Made by a program: the position numbers and the translations under genes. Source: Macrostomum lignano (lineage: Eukaryota). From it: 64,000 nucleotides of DNA. A model generated the notes under the pieces. That model did no database searches. It saw only the letters and a list, made by a program, of their open reading frames with translations, and was not told where the DNA came from. Below, one piece after another: positions 32,338 to 51,900 of this stretch (position 1 is its first letter; each line of letters begins with the position of its first letter). Where the stretch lies: contig NIVC01002073.1 of assembly GCA_002269645.1 (NCBI GenBank), positions 66,175-130,174 on the forward strand, read 5' to 3'.

Positions 32338-34140
32338 AGGACCCGCCCCTCTATGCCGAGACACCCAGAGGATCCGCCCCTCTATGCCGAGACACTCAGA
32401 GGATCCGCCCCTCTATGCCGAGACACCCAGAGGATCCACCCCTCTATGCCAAGAAACCCAGAGACGAGCGAGAGCCCCTCAAAACTCGGATAGATAGTAA
32501 AAAAACTCAATTGCTTTAACAGAAAGACAGAGCCAAAAAGTTGCAGAAAGTCCACCGCATATTAGAAGAAACTTTCGCAGATTTACACACAGATAGGATA
32601 ATTCTTGCTATATTTATAATCTCAGTTAATCAATTATACCAAGATATATCATTTCACACGTATATACAAGCAAGCAGGTAATTTAATAGTATGAAATTAC
32701 AGATAATCTTTAGTAATTTTACAGTAGATAAGACTAAAAAATCAGTGAAAAGCACAATAGAAAGCGAAAAAAACAATAATAAATATTTTTAGCTGATAAA
32801 ACAAAGGCTGAACGGCACTGCACAAAAAGGGAAACGAAGCGCGTTTTGTAATAGATAGTAGATATTGCATTCTTTACTCCATTTGTCAACACTCAACGCC
32901 TTATAGTATGGGTAGTCGGCGCGAGTAACTATGGCTCTATTTCTATACAATAAATCCTCGCCTGCCTATTAGTAGTGCAAAGAAATTACGAGAACATTTC
33001 AGAGAATCCTCACTAAGCCAATACAATCTACACTGAGCCAATAAAATCCCTACCAAGCCAATAAATTCCTTACTGAGCTAATAAATTCCTCACTGAGCCA
33101 ATAAAATCCCCACCAAGCCAATAAATTCCCCACTGAGCCAATAAATTCCTCACTGAGCCAATAAATTCCTCACTGAGCCAATAAATTCCCCACTGAGCCA
33201 ATAAATTCCTCACTGAGCCAATAAATTCCTCACTGAGCCAATAAATCCCTACCAAGCCAAAAAATTCCCACTGAGCCAATAAATTCCTCACTGAGCCAAT
33301 AAAATCCCCACCAAGCCAATAAATTCCTCACTGAGCCAATAAAATCCCCACCAAGCCAATAAAATCCCCACCAAGCCAATAAAATCCCCACCAAGCGAAT
33401 AAAAGTGAATTATTATTATAGCTAGAAAAAACACGTATAGTAAACTATTTTGTGATGCTGAATTTTTACGACAGCAAATTAAGAAAAATAGGGATATGTA
33501 CGGAAAGCTTGATCGATATACCTGATAACCACTATGTTCACTATTGTACAGATTGCACACATCATACATCAATATAAATATAAGTAATATAAATAAACAC
33601 GAGTGGATTAATTCCAATTTCCAAATATATCAACTTATTAAAACAGAAAATATACCATAAAAGAATTATTACAATTGCCGGAAACTATATTTATATAGGC
33701 CTATATTTGCTTTTATAAGATGTACAAGCGCACACTTTGCTACTGACAGTAACGGGGAGAGAAAGCGACGTATAATGATTGAAAAGCGAGTTTAAAATTG
33801 CTCCTGTGTGAGTTCTGCAGCCACTGTCCATTCAAGTTACATTAATAGATAAATGGGTATCACTCAGATTAAGATGTCACTACCTACCCCTTCAGTGTGT
33901 GTCACTATCCCTTCAGTAGGTGTCACTACCCCTTTAGTGGGTGTCACTACATCTTCAGTGGGTGTCACTATCACTTCAGTGGGTGTCACTACCCTTTTAG
34001 TGGTGTCACTACCCCTTTAGTGGGTGTCACTATCCCTTCAGTGGGTGTCACTACCCCTTCAGTGGGTGTCACTGCCCCTTTCAGTTGGTGTCATCACAAC
34101 CCTTTTTAGCGGGTTTCACTACCCCTTCAGTGGGTGTCAC
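32338..34140. repeat. Three separate minisatellites between AMMECR1 and nanos
   Basis: 31-bp gaggatccgcccctctatgccgagacaccca (32338-32460); 20-21-bp ccactgagccaataaattcct (33010-33400); 21-bp gtcactaccccttcagtgggt (33875-34140). Confidence 0.9.
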
Positions 34141-34164
34141 GATCACGGCTGTCAGTTGCGCAGT

Positions 34165-37191
<3,027 letters not shown>

Positions 37192-39142
37192 TATATGATA
37201 TGAAGAGCGATTATTCGCAGTATTCGGTAATTCAACTAATTTTATATTAACTGGCGTCAGTGGGCCATCTTACTATTTTGGGATAAATGTGATAAACCAC
37301 TAATCAAGCTATCTAGCTAAGCCTAGCTCTGGCTATAAGAAGGATAGTGAAAAGTAAACGTCATTTTGTAAGATGTAGATTCGTAACATTCAGTAGGGGC
37401 TATAGTTGACCGAAATAAAATTTTACAAATGTCAGTCAAGCAGATCTATAGATAGAGTATAGACTATAGACGTAGGCTGTAACTTGATCCAGATCTTAGG
37501 ATTAGCTTACTAAAGCTTTTCAAAAAGTTAAGTCAGAAAATAGAAGTATAATAATTTATTATTTTATTTGTAGTATTTTTTGCTCCCAATTAAGATCGAG
37601 TACCGGATTTTCGCTAGATTTTGACTCTAGTCTATACTCTTCTTTGATGATATATAATTCCGTTTTCATATAACTTTTTGAATCGCAGCATTATCAATCA
37701 GCTGATTATTTTATTTTAAAAAATACCGTATGAGTTTAGTTTGAAAATAAAAAAAAATTTTTTTTAAATTTTTTTAAAGTTTTGGTGCTTGTTTATGTAC
37801 ATGTGTATATATAATATCAGATTTGTTGTATTGTTTAACTTGAAACGATTATTTACGAACGAATAAACTAAATGTGCTAAATATCACATTATGAGTAACA
37901 GACATTCACATAATCATATCTTGCATATTGTTTTAGCTGATTACGGAATTTACTGTGTAAAAATAAAATAACTGAAGTTCTACGCGAACTACAACTGTTC
38001 TATTAGACGAATAGTAAACGTACATGTAACGTCTCGATGTGATAAATCAGACGGCTTAAGGTCTTAATAAGCTATCCTAGTTTTATCAATAATAGTAATA
38101 ATAATTGAGGGACGTTTTACATTTTCTCGAAACTGGCGTCTTGAAACAGACGATTTGTACCTCACTTTTATATTTCATTAAAAAAAATCAAATATCCTTG
38201 TTTCTAAAGTTATTGATAGCTGCAAATGTAAGCTAATATTTAATATTTTTTGTTAATCAAGAACAAAAGTAATTAGAGTTTCGGGAGATGAAGAAGTCGT
38301 CAGCAAAGCATCTTTAGAGTAGCTTAAACACGAGTTTTCCGTTTACTACCGCTTACGAAGCAGTATAAGTATTAATTTGCACATTGCCTCCCGTATGTAT
38401 GTATGTAAAGTAATATTAATCAACTGCTAGTCAACTGCTAGTCATATTGCGCTACTTAGATTCGGTCACCAAGCTTGTTTTATGAAATATAAGACATGAA
38501 ATATACATAAAAAACAACGAAACTATGAAGCTTGGTAGCAATAGACATGAACAAGTTAGTCAACACTTAATTGACTTTTATTTCGCATTGAAAAGCAGTA
38601 TATTTTTACAAACCGAATTGATTGTAACAGCTAGCAGTCCCAAGCAATAAAATTTCAAGCAATTTTAGCGGTTAAATTCCTAAAGCAGGCATAAATCGTC
38701 TCAAAATTTTGAAACAAAATGAAAATGCTTGGCTTTTAAGACCACCAACAGTTATTTCAACATTACGAGTACTATACGTTTAATAGTACAGATACAATAA
38801 TAGTTTTCAGCAACATTAAGCATGAAATAGTTGACTAAAAACGAAAGTTTCTTACTACGCTCGTATAATACTAGTGTACATACGAGCGTACAACTATTAT
38901 AATTCTGACCGTCGTTTGATAAATTTTAACCAAACTAAGCAACAATGATAATCCTGGTCATATGCTTACAAAGCAAATAATAATAAAAAATATGTCAACG
39001 TCAGTTAAAAAAATGACAATAATAGCTCGTATATACACTTTTATTGTTAAACTCAAGCAACTTGCTAGCTGTAGCATATAGAGTGCCAGACTAAGCATAA
39101 AAGAAGTTAATATAGATTAAGACAGCTGACAAGAGAGCGCAA

Positions 39143-42356
<3,214 letters not shown>

Positions 42357-43480
42357 GGATCTATATGGCGTTTAAAGCCGTTAGCAGGAAAATAATATGA
42401 TTGACTGTTAGTTCTACAGCTTTACTACTAATAGCCAATTTAAGTAGAACATTGCGCGTGTCTAACTTCTCAAAAAACATTTGAAATACAAAAATGAAAC
42501 TAGAGATAAGATAAAAATACAGAATACAGTGACTACTTTCAAACTCAAATGCATCGTGTTTCCTGGAAAACACCAGTGGGACAAAATTTATTCAGTAACA
42601 GTTGCGAGGAAGCAGGTAAAAATGGTACTGCTATGCACTTGTTAAATCAGATCTACATTTGTAATTTTTCTAACTTGCGAAGTCAAGAGATGAAACCTCT
42701 GACCTACGCGATTGTTCAAGCCTTTTTCTTTGAATCCAATAGAAAATTTTCCACAACAAACCCGACTGGATGATTTTAAGAAACCAAAATCACGCAATAT
42801 TGGACAACTGCAGGACGCTACCGGTACACTCGATTTTCTTAGAAATGACCTGGAGGCCGGTAAGGAACGTGTATTTTCCACATTGCTAGTGACTTTAATG
42901 AGCTTTAGAGAACGCATAGAGATGAGTGAGGTCTCGTCATGGGTACTTGCTATCTGGGGGATGCTTGCTGCGAGCTATCTGGGGGATGCTTGCTGCGAGC
43001 TATCTGGGGGATGCTTGCGGTCTTGGGGATGCTTTCTATTGAGGGGGAATACCTGTTATCTTTGTGAAGGCTTTATTTTGTTGCCATTTTGTTACTTTTA
43101 GAAAAAAGAGATTTATAGTAAACATCTTTGTCCGTGACAATTTTACTTGAATAAGGTGATTTATAAAACTGAAGGAACTGGTTCTTCAGAAAATGTGCTT
43201 TCTAAAGGATTTGCATGAATAATTTTTGCTACTTGCTTATTGGGCGCCCTGAAGGGGGGCACTAGTTTGCTAGTCCATATACTAAAAGCATCGACCACTT
43301 TGAACACAATTGCATAATTTGGAAAGGCACTTATGCACTGACTGGCTGCGCTATCTCGTTGTTCACGGTCTCTCTTAATTTATCACACTGTGCCAAGCGG
43401 CACCACGGTGAATGGTGAATTCTAAGAAATATTCATATGATTGGAGGTTTTGCACATTGAGAAGGGGCAAGGGCACACAG

Positions 43481-43993
43481 TTATAGTCGCAGCTGGCTAA
43501 AGCTCAAATTGCCGCTAAATGGCCGAGCCAACGCCGCCTGAGAATCCATGTGGGCCAGCTGACAGACGGGAGACTCATCCCCTGCTTGAGCAGTCGCTGG
43601 CTCGGCCGCAGCCGCCTCAGCCTGGCGAACGCACTCGCGAATAGTTTCCATACAGTCGGCCCGATTCAGCAGCCGCTTCCTAGTCCGATCGGAGGCCACC
43701 ACAAACTGACCGTCGCGGCTGATCCTGTCCGAGTACAGCTGCACTAATCGCGGCTTCAATCGCTGGGGAATGAAGCTGGCCTGAGCCAGGTTGAATCGGA
43801 TTTCAACTCGAGCCGTCGAGCCGGACGGCGAATCCGACAATGGCCGGCCGTTCACAGAGCAGCCCTCGCGAATGTGCAGCTCCTCGATCGGGATGCGCCC
43901 GGTGAAGCTGCCGGATGCGGCGGCGGCTGCGAAGCTTCGTTTAAAAAGTTGAACTCCGCATGCAGAGGCGAGCAGCATTGGCAGACGCGACAT
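43481..43993 (-). CDS. ICT1/MRPL58 (mL62)-like mitochondrial protein lacking the GGQ motif, 170 aa
   Basis: Has an Arg/Leu/Ser/Ala-rich presequence-like N-terminus. RIPIEELHI, ARVEIRFNLAQASFIP, RISRDGQFVVASDRTR and LLNRADCMETIRECV align with the ICT1 blocks yIPlDrLtI, skAEVRFhl, INrlGELiltSEssR and qfrNlaDClqKIrdmI. The GGQ loop is replaced. Confidence 0.8.
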   Translation of the reverse strand: MSRLPMLLASACGVQLFKRSFAAAAASGSFTGRIPIEELHIREGCSVNGRPLSDSPSGSTARVEIRFNLAQASFIPQRLKPRLVQLYSDRISRDGQFVVASDRTRKRLLNRADCMETIRECVRQAEAAAAEPATAQAGDESPVCQLAHMDSQAALARPFSGNLSFSQLRL

Positions 43994-44219
43994 TGGCTGG
44001 CTTTAGACAGTGCAAACTGATATTTGACCACAGCTGATTTGACTTGGGCCTGGCATGAAAAGTAGATTTGCCAATTATGAATCTAAGAAACTTTGGGGAT
44101 TGGCGATTTTCCGTGTGTAAGGCGAATTTTACACATAGGGAAAACGTTCCAAGTACAGAAAGATTTTGCAGACTACAGGGGAATTCTCCAGGAAGGGGAA
44201 CTATCAAAGATAGGATCTA

Positions 44220-44640
44220 GGGGGTATTCTCCATGCAGGGGTAATATCGAGGATAGGATCTAAGAGGGCTCATTAGACATTAGACAGGGAAATTATCGAG
44301 GATAGGATCTAAGAGGGCTCATTAGGCAGGCGAATTATCGAGGATAGGATCTAAGAGGGCTCATTAGACAGGCGAATTATCGAGGATAGGATCTAACGGG
44401 GCTCATTAGACAGGGGAATTATCGAGGGTATGATCTAACGGGGCTCATTAGACAGGGGAATTATCGAGGGTATGATCTAACGGGGCTCATTAGGCAGGCG
44501 AATTATCGAGGATAGGATCTAGCGGGGCTCATTAGACAGGCAAATTATCGAGGATAGGATCAAAGAGGGCTCATTAGGCAGGCGAATTATCGAGGATAGG
44601 ATCTAACGGGGCTTATTAGACAGGGAAATTATCAACGATA
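44220..44640. repeat. 40-bp minisatellite
   Basis: Unit approximately gaggataggatctaagagggctcattagacaggggaattatc. Confidence 0.9.
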
Positions 44641-45424
44641 GGGTTTAAGGGGTTTCTTCGGGTAGGGGAATTATAAAAATAAGATATCATAATAAAATAA
44701 ATCGAAGTAAAGGCCATTTGGATAAATAGCTGCACACTCGATTCAATGCCACTGATTGATTAAAGTTTTGCACGTACTATGATAATAATAACAACAAAAG
44801 ATTTATAATATAGACTTTGATAAATCTATCAATTACAATGCCACTTAGAAAACCGTTAAAAAACTCAACAGCACAGTGCATTAATAATAAGTATAGAGAT
44901 TAAAGTTAGAGACGGCCAATAAATATTGATAAATATGTATATGAAAATATATTATATAATAATACATATTAAAAACCCGAAAATGTCTATCAGTAATAAT
45001 GCCCCACGTAATCACAGCACCCTTACGTTAGATTGTGTCCTCTATAACATTAAACACATACAGATTTGATCTGATTAGTAAAGCTTCAATTTGCATCACA
45101 GGTTAGTGCAATAAAGTGCAAGACGTCACAGTACCTTAACAACGCAGAACAGAGGTAAATTCAAATTTACAGTAGAATACAAAAAGAGAAACGCTGATTT
45201 TTTGCTTCTAAAAAATCACAATTTTATATCAGAGATTTTGCCAGCAAAAGTCGGTACTTTTGTTTGTGAAAATATAGTTTTTTATTAACTATAAAAAAGG
45301 AACACAACCTAAGGGTGAGCGCGCCTGCGTTTAATTGATAGATAGCTTGATTCCAATTAAATCCGGGATAAGTGACTAGATTAAAGCAAAGGACGAGTCT
45401 GCGAACACCGCATGCTAGCAGCGG

Positions 45425-48290
45425 CGGTCACTGACAGGCTGGGGGATAGTAGCAGTTGCCACTGATGGGCTGGGGGATAGTGGCGGCGGTCACTGACAGG
45501 CTGGGGGATAGTAGCAGTTGCCACTGATGGACTGGGGGATAGTAGCAGTTGCCACTGATGGACTGGGGGATAGTAGCAGTTGTCACTGATTGACTGGGGG
45601 ATAGTAGCAGTTGTCACTGATGGACTGGGGGATAGTGGCAGTTGCCACTGATTGACTGGGGGATAGTAGCAGTTGTCACTGATTGACTAGGGGATAGTAG
45701 CAGTTGCCACTGATGGACTGGGGGATAGTAGCAGTTGCCACTGATGGACTGGGGGATAGTAGCAGTTGCCACTGATGGACTGGGGGATAGTAGCAGTTGC
45801 CACTGATGGACAAAGGGATAGTAGCAGTTGCCACTGATTGACTGGGGGATAGTAGCAGTTGCCACTGATGGACTGGGGGATAGTAGCAGTTGCCACTGAT
45901 GGACTGGGGGATAGTAGCAGTTGCCACTGATGGACTGGGGGATAGTAGCAGTTGCCACTGATGGACTGGGGGATAGTAGCAGTTGCCACTGATTGACTGG
46001 GGGATAGTAGCAGTTGCCACTGATGGACTGGGGGATAGTAGCAGTTGCCACTGATGGACTGGGGGATAGTAGCAGTTGCCACTGATGGACTGGGGGATAG
46101 TAGCAGTTGCCACTGATTGACTGGGGGATAGTAGCAGTTGCCACTGATTGACTGGGGGATAGTAGCAGTTGCCACTGATTGACTGGGGGATAGTGGCAGT
46201 TGCCACTGATTGACTGGGGGATAGTAGCAGTTGCCACTGATGGACTGGGGGATAGTAGCAGTTGCCACTGATTGACTGGGGGATAGTAGCAGTTGCCACC
46301 GATGGACTGGGGGATAGTAGCAGTTGCCACTGATTGACTGGGGGATAGTAGCAGTTGCCACTGATGGACTGGGGGATAGTAGCAGTTGCCACTGATTGAC
46401 TGGGGGATAGTAGCAGTTGCCACTGATGGACAAAGGGATAGTAGCAGTTGTCACTGATGGACTGGGGGATAGTAGCAGTTGCCACTGATGGACTGGGGGA
46501 TAGTAGCAGTTGTCACTGATGGACTGGGGGATAGTAGCAGTTGCCACTGATGGACTGGGTGATAGTAGCAGTTGCCACTGATGGACTGGGGGATAGTAGC
46601 AGTTGTCACTGATGGACAAAGGGATAGTAGCAGTTGTCACTGATGGACTGGGGGATAGTAGCAGTTGCCACTGATGGGCTGGGGGATAGTAGCAGTTGTC
46701 ACTGATGGGCTGGGGGATAGTAGCAGTTGCCACTGATGGACTGGGGGATAGTAGCAGTTGCCACTGATGGACTGGGGATAGTAGCAGTTGCCACTGATGG
46801 ACTGGGGGATAGTAGCAGTTGCCACTGATGGACTGGGGATAGTAGCAGTTGCCACTGATGGACTGGGGATAGTAGCAGTTGTCACTGATGGACTGGGGAT
46901 AGTAGCAGTTGCCACTGATTGACTGGGGGATAGTGGCAGTTGCCACTGATGGACTGGGGATAGTAGCAGTTGCCACTGATTGACTGGGGGATAGTAGCAG
47001 TTGCCACTGATGGACTGGGGGATAGTAGCAGTTGCCACTGATGGACTGGGGGATAGTAGCAGTTGCCACTGATGGACTGGGGGATAGTAGCAGTTGCCAC
47101 TGATTGACTGGGGATAGTAGCAGTTGCCACTGATGGACTGGGGGATAGTAGCAGTTGTCACTGATGGACTGGGGGATAGTAGCAGTTGCCACTGATGGAC
47201 TGGGGGATAGTAGCAGTTGTCACTGATGGACTGGGGGATAGTAGCAGTTGCCACTGATGGACTGGGGGATAGTAGCAGTTGCCACTGATGGACTGGGGGA
47301 TAGTAGCAGTTGCCACTGATGGACAAAGGGATAGTAGCAGTTGTCACTGATGGACTGGGGGATTGTAGCAGTTGTCACTGATGGACTGGGGGATAGTGGC
47401 GGTGGTCACTGACAGGCTGGGGGATAGTAGCAGTTGTCACTGATGGACTGGGGGATAGTAGCAGTTGTCACTGATGGACTGGGGGATAGTAGCAGTTGTC
47501 ACTGATGGACTGGGGGATAGTAGCAGTTGTCACCGATGGACTGGGGGATAGTAGCAGTTGTCACTGATGGACTGGGGGATAGTAGCAGTTGTCACTGATG
47601 GACTGGGGGATAGTAGCAGTTGTCACCGATGGACTGGGGGATAGTAGCAGTTGTCACTGATGGACTGGGGGATAGTAGCAGTTGTCACTGATGGACTGGG
47701 GGATAGTAGCAGTTGTCACCGATGGACTGGGGGATAGTAGCAGTTGTCACTGATGGACTGGGGGATAGTAGCAGTTGTCACTGATGGACTGGGGGATAGT
47801 AGCAGTTGTCACCGATGGACTGGGGGATAGTAGCAGTTGTCACTGATGGACTGGGGATAGTAGCAGTTGTCACTGATGGACTGGGGGATAGTAGCAGTTG
47901 TCACTGATGGACTGGGGGATGGTAGCAGTTGTCACTGATGGACTGGGGGATAGTAGCAGTTGCCACTGATTGACTGGGGGATAGTAGCAGTTGCCACTGA
48001 TGGACTGGGGGATTGTAGCAGTTGTCACTGATGGACTGGGGGATAGTGGCGGTGGTCACTGACAGGCTGGGGGATAGTGGCGGTGGTCACTGACAGGCTG
48101 GGGAATAGTGGCGGCGGTCACTGACAGGCTGGGGGATAGTGGCGGTGGTCACTGACAGGCTAGGGGATAGTGGCGGTTGTCACTGATGGACTGGGGGATA
48201 GTAGCAGTTGTCACTGACAGACTGGGGGATAGTGGCGGTGGTCACTGACAGACTGGGGGATAGTGGCGGTGGTCACTGACAGACTGGGGA
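45425..48290. repeat. 30-31-bp minisatellite, ~90 copies
   Basis: Unit actgatggactgggggatagtagcagttgcc; explains ORFs at 45381-47347. Confidence 0.97.
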
Positions 48291-48908
48291 ATAGACAGAC
48301 AAAAGCATCTAATAGTTGCTAATGATTAGTGGACAGAAAAGTCAATCAAAATGTTAAGAAAGTCATGCAAATTAAAGCGCACAGGTTACCGCTTTCTAGT
48401 AAAAGAAAAACACTTTGCTCAGAGCAGGGCAAAAAGCTATTAAACTGAGTGCGGCTAAAATGATAGTCCAATCATGTAAGCACAAGTGGAGACAGTATAC
48501 ACGATTTAGGCCAAATGTTTAACCTTCTGTACATGCAGCGATTGGCTGAGCACAGTAAGTATCAAATCTATAGCAGATTGTACTCAGTACGATTGTATAA
48601 TACTCGTAGAAGCTTAGCTACTAGAAAAGTTCAATTCTCAGAAACGAATAAAACCTGCTTTACAATGTGACAATGTTAATATAAGGCATCTTTTGAAAAT
48701 GTTAAGTCAAGCAGCAGTAAATACCTCTTAAATAGTACTTTAAGTAGTCCAGATTGTGTCCAATTGATATAAATTCAGTATATTATACAATTCTCAACTT
48801 CTACAAGCTGATAAAGACAGCAAAAACTGACTACTTATCATGAGTAGTATTAGTAGTAGCAGTAGCACAATGATAAAAAACACCAATTAAAAATGCTGCC
48901 AGCTCAGC

Positions 48909-51900
48909 TCAGATCATCGTATTTTTAAAGGGCAGCTTGCTAACAGCCGCTATAGGCGGCGGCATCGCTGTTGAAATGCCGACGCCTCCGCCACGCAGAC
49001 TCAGCCGAGCGTGCGCCTGCGGTGGTTGCTGCTGCTGCTTCTGTTGTTGTTGTTGATGCTCCGCGCTGGAAACCGACGATAATTCCCGTCTGAAAGCGCG
49101 GCGGAATTCGCCGCCTCCTGCGCCCCCGCCAAGTAGAGAAGCTCTGGAAGCGGGAACTGGCGGCACTGGTTTGATTGGCTTTTTCTGCTGCTGTGTGGGA
49201 GGAGGCGGCGGCGGCGAAGGAGAGCGTTGCTTGACCTGCTGTTGCTTTTGTTTTGGCTGCTGTTGCGAACTGCCGTTGTTAGTAGATGGAGCCGCTGAGA
49301 GGCTGAGAGGGAAGATCAAATTTTAAGCAAAGTTAGCATCGTGCCTCATCGTCCCTTTTATTGCCAGCCACTTGACTGTCAACAATTTAACTGCCAGCCA
49401 CTTGACTGCTAGCCACTTGACTGCTAGCCACTTGACTACTAGCCCTTTAGCTTCCGACCTGAATCTTAACCCCTATCCTAAAATTGTCTGCAGTAAAACT
49501 GAGACAGTCAAAAACCAGTCTCCCAATTAAAACGCGTTGAATATGTATTTGTAGAATAATACAGCAATTTTCTGTACTGCATAGGTTTCGCGTGTTGGCT
49601 AATTGATAAAAGTTCACTCACTCAGCAGTGGAGGACACCGTGCTGCCGCCAGTACTTGATGCAGCATCAGCAGCCGATGCAGCTGACGCCGGCTGGGGCG
49701 GCCTGTCGCACTGGGCCAGACTCTCCTTAACTAATCTATTTAGCTCCATCAATACGGCCTTGCGACAATGCGCGCCTTTTAATAAATCGTTCATGGGTTT
49801 CTCCCAGTCGCCGCCAGACCATACTAAATAGGCGCCGTGCAGGCCGGACTCTAATACCCGATCCTCGCTAACTGGCGCTCCCCAAAGCAACAGCCAGCTG
49901 TGCAGGCAATTAGCCGACCAATACAGCAACAGGTTGGAGGCGAATTTCTGTCTGATAGCTACTAGCTTATCCCAATCCAGTCTGACGTAGCGCAGCAGTG
50001 CAACGCCTAGGGCTAAGCTGCGCCTATACCGGCGCTGCCTGACAGCCAACTGGCTGCCCTTCAAATCGGCTTTGTCTAGCGTTAGCAATAGGCTGCAATC
50101 CACCATAGCGCAGCGGAACTGATCCGCTAGTTGGCGGAGGCCCAACGATGGCAGCAGCTGGCTGGCTAGCCAGACACAGTCCAGGCTGGGCGCCGGCTGC
50201 GGGGCGCGACTGTCTGGCGATGTCAGACGGTCAATGGCCAGACGGAGACGCCGACGATGCAGCGGCTCTTGAATGGCCAGCTCGCGCTGCATGTCCGAGT
50301 CGGTTAGGCGCGCCAGAATGTCGCCGGATTTCACCGTGGCCTGAGGGTATGGTTTGAGAGTCTGTCACTGACCTGGACTATAGAGTCTGTCACTGAACTA
50401 GATTGCAAAGTCTGTCACTGACTGGACTATAGAGTCTGTCACTGACTGGACTATAGTGTCACTGACTGGACTATAGAGTCTGTCACTGACTGGACTATAT
50501 AGTCTGTCACTGACTGGACTATAGTGTCACTAACTCGACTATAGTGTCACTGACTCGACTATAGTGTCACTGACTCGACTATAGTGTCACTGACTGGACT
50601 ATATTGCGTCACTAACTGGTCTAGTGTGTCACTGACTGGACTATAGTGTCACTGACTGGACTATAGTGTCACTGACTGGACTATAGTGCGTCACTAACTG
50701 GTCTAGTGTGTCACTGACTGAACTAGATTCTGTCACGAGACAGTCTGGACCAATGATATTTTTCAGAAAATTGATGGATTAGTCAATAATGAACAGATAC
50801 TCAGGTTTAGACACTAAAAACTTGAAGGTGTTCAAAGAACATGTTCTCCTATTACGCACCTGCAGCCGTTCGGCATAAATGGCCAAGCCCACAGTCGGGC
50901 TGGCTGCCCAAGCGGCGACGTGCTCGGCTCGCCATCTGGACAGCGGCAGCGACAGCGCCTCCCTAGCCAGCTGGTCCTGCCGTCCGGCGGCGCCGCCACC
51001 GCTAGACTTCTTTGTCCTAGTGGAAGTTCGCAGCAGTTTCTGCCGGCCAAATTCAACGTCTTCGCCGGTCTGACGCTGCTGCGGCGGCTGCGACTGCGCC
51101 GGGGCAGCGGTGGTCACAGCCGTGACAACTTCGTCATCGGCGGTTACGTCGTCGTAAAATTCGTCGGCATCCCGACGCTGACGATCTGGACTGTCCTCGG
51201 ACTGAGCCGAGTGGGCCGAGTTGGTGTCGCCCCGGCCGCTATCGGCGGCGCTGGCTACGCTGCCACCGAGAATGTGCAGGCACTGTTGAAGACTCCGGTC
51301 GGCGGAGTCGTATTCGACCATGCCGGAGGTCGACGCCGCATTGCTGATTGTCGCTGTCTGCGTAGCCGCATCGACGCCAACAACAGCGGCAGTTTGACGT
51401 TCGGCTAGTGCGGCGCGAACCCGCCTCTTCTGATGGTCCAATTCGTTTTTTAGCTTGACCACCTTTTGTATAGTTAAATAGAAATTAAAATGCTGATGTT
51501 ACTACTCACTATGGATTATAGAAGACTAAATAGAGTTAACTTTTTTTCTCTAAGTAATAATGATTGATTACACCTTCCCTAATGGCCAGATGTGCAACCG
51601 ACAGCTCAGCCGCAGCTATTGCGCGGCGCATCTGAAGGCTGCGTACGGCTGATCAGTCCAAGGACTGGGGGGGGGATCGCCACACACAGCCTCAATAACA
51701 CCAGCTTATGGTAAGATTCAAGTGCTCAAGGACTCGGAACTCAGAAATTGTTCCGAGTGGGTCGAGAATCGAACCCCCGACCTTTCAGTCGTGAGTCCGG
51801 ACTCTAACCACTAGGCTAGAGCATTAGTTGGGGTAATTGAGGGTGTGTGGCGTCTCCTCTCCAGTGCATGGACTGAACAGCCGTACACAGCCTTCAGATG

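Noticed and set aside
32920-32945. gtaactatggctct resembling the 28S rRNA taactatgactct motif
   Set aside because: The match is only ~12 nt, with no flanking rRNA similarity.
42642-43101. ORFs 42712..43101 (+) and 42642..42917 (-) between ICT1-like and WDR5
   Set aside because: No recognisable domain, partly made of a short local repeat, and no consistent splice partners. I also checked it as a possible ICT1 last exon and found no basic tail.
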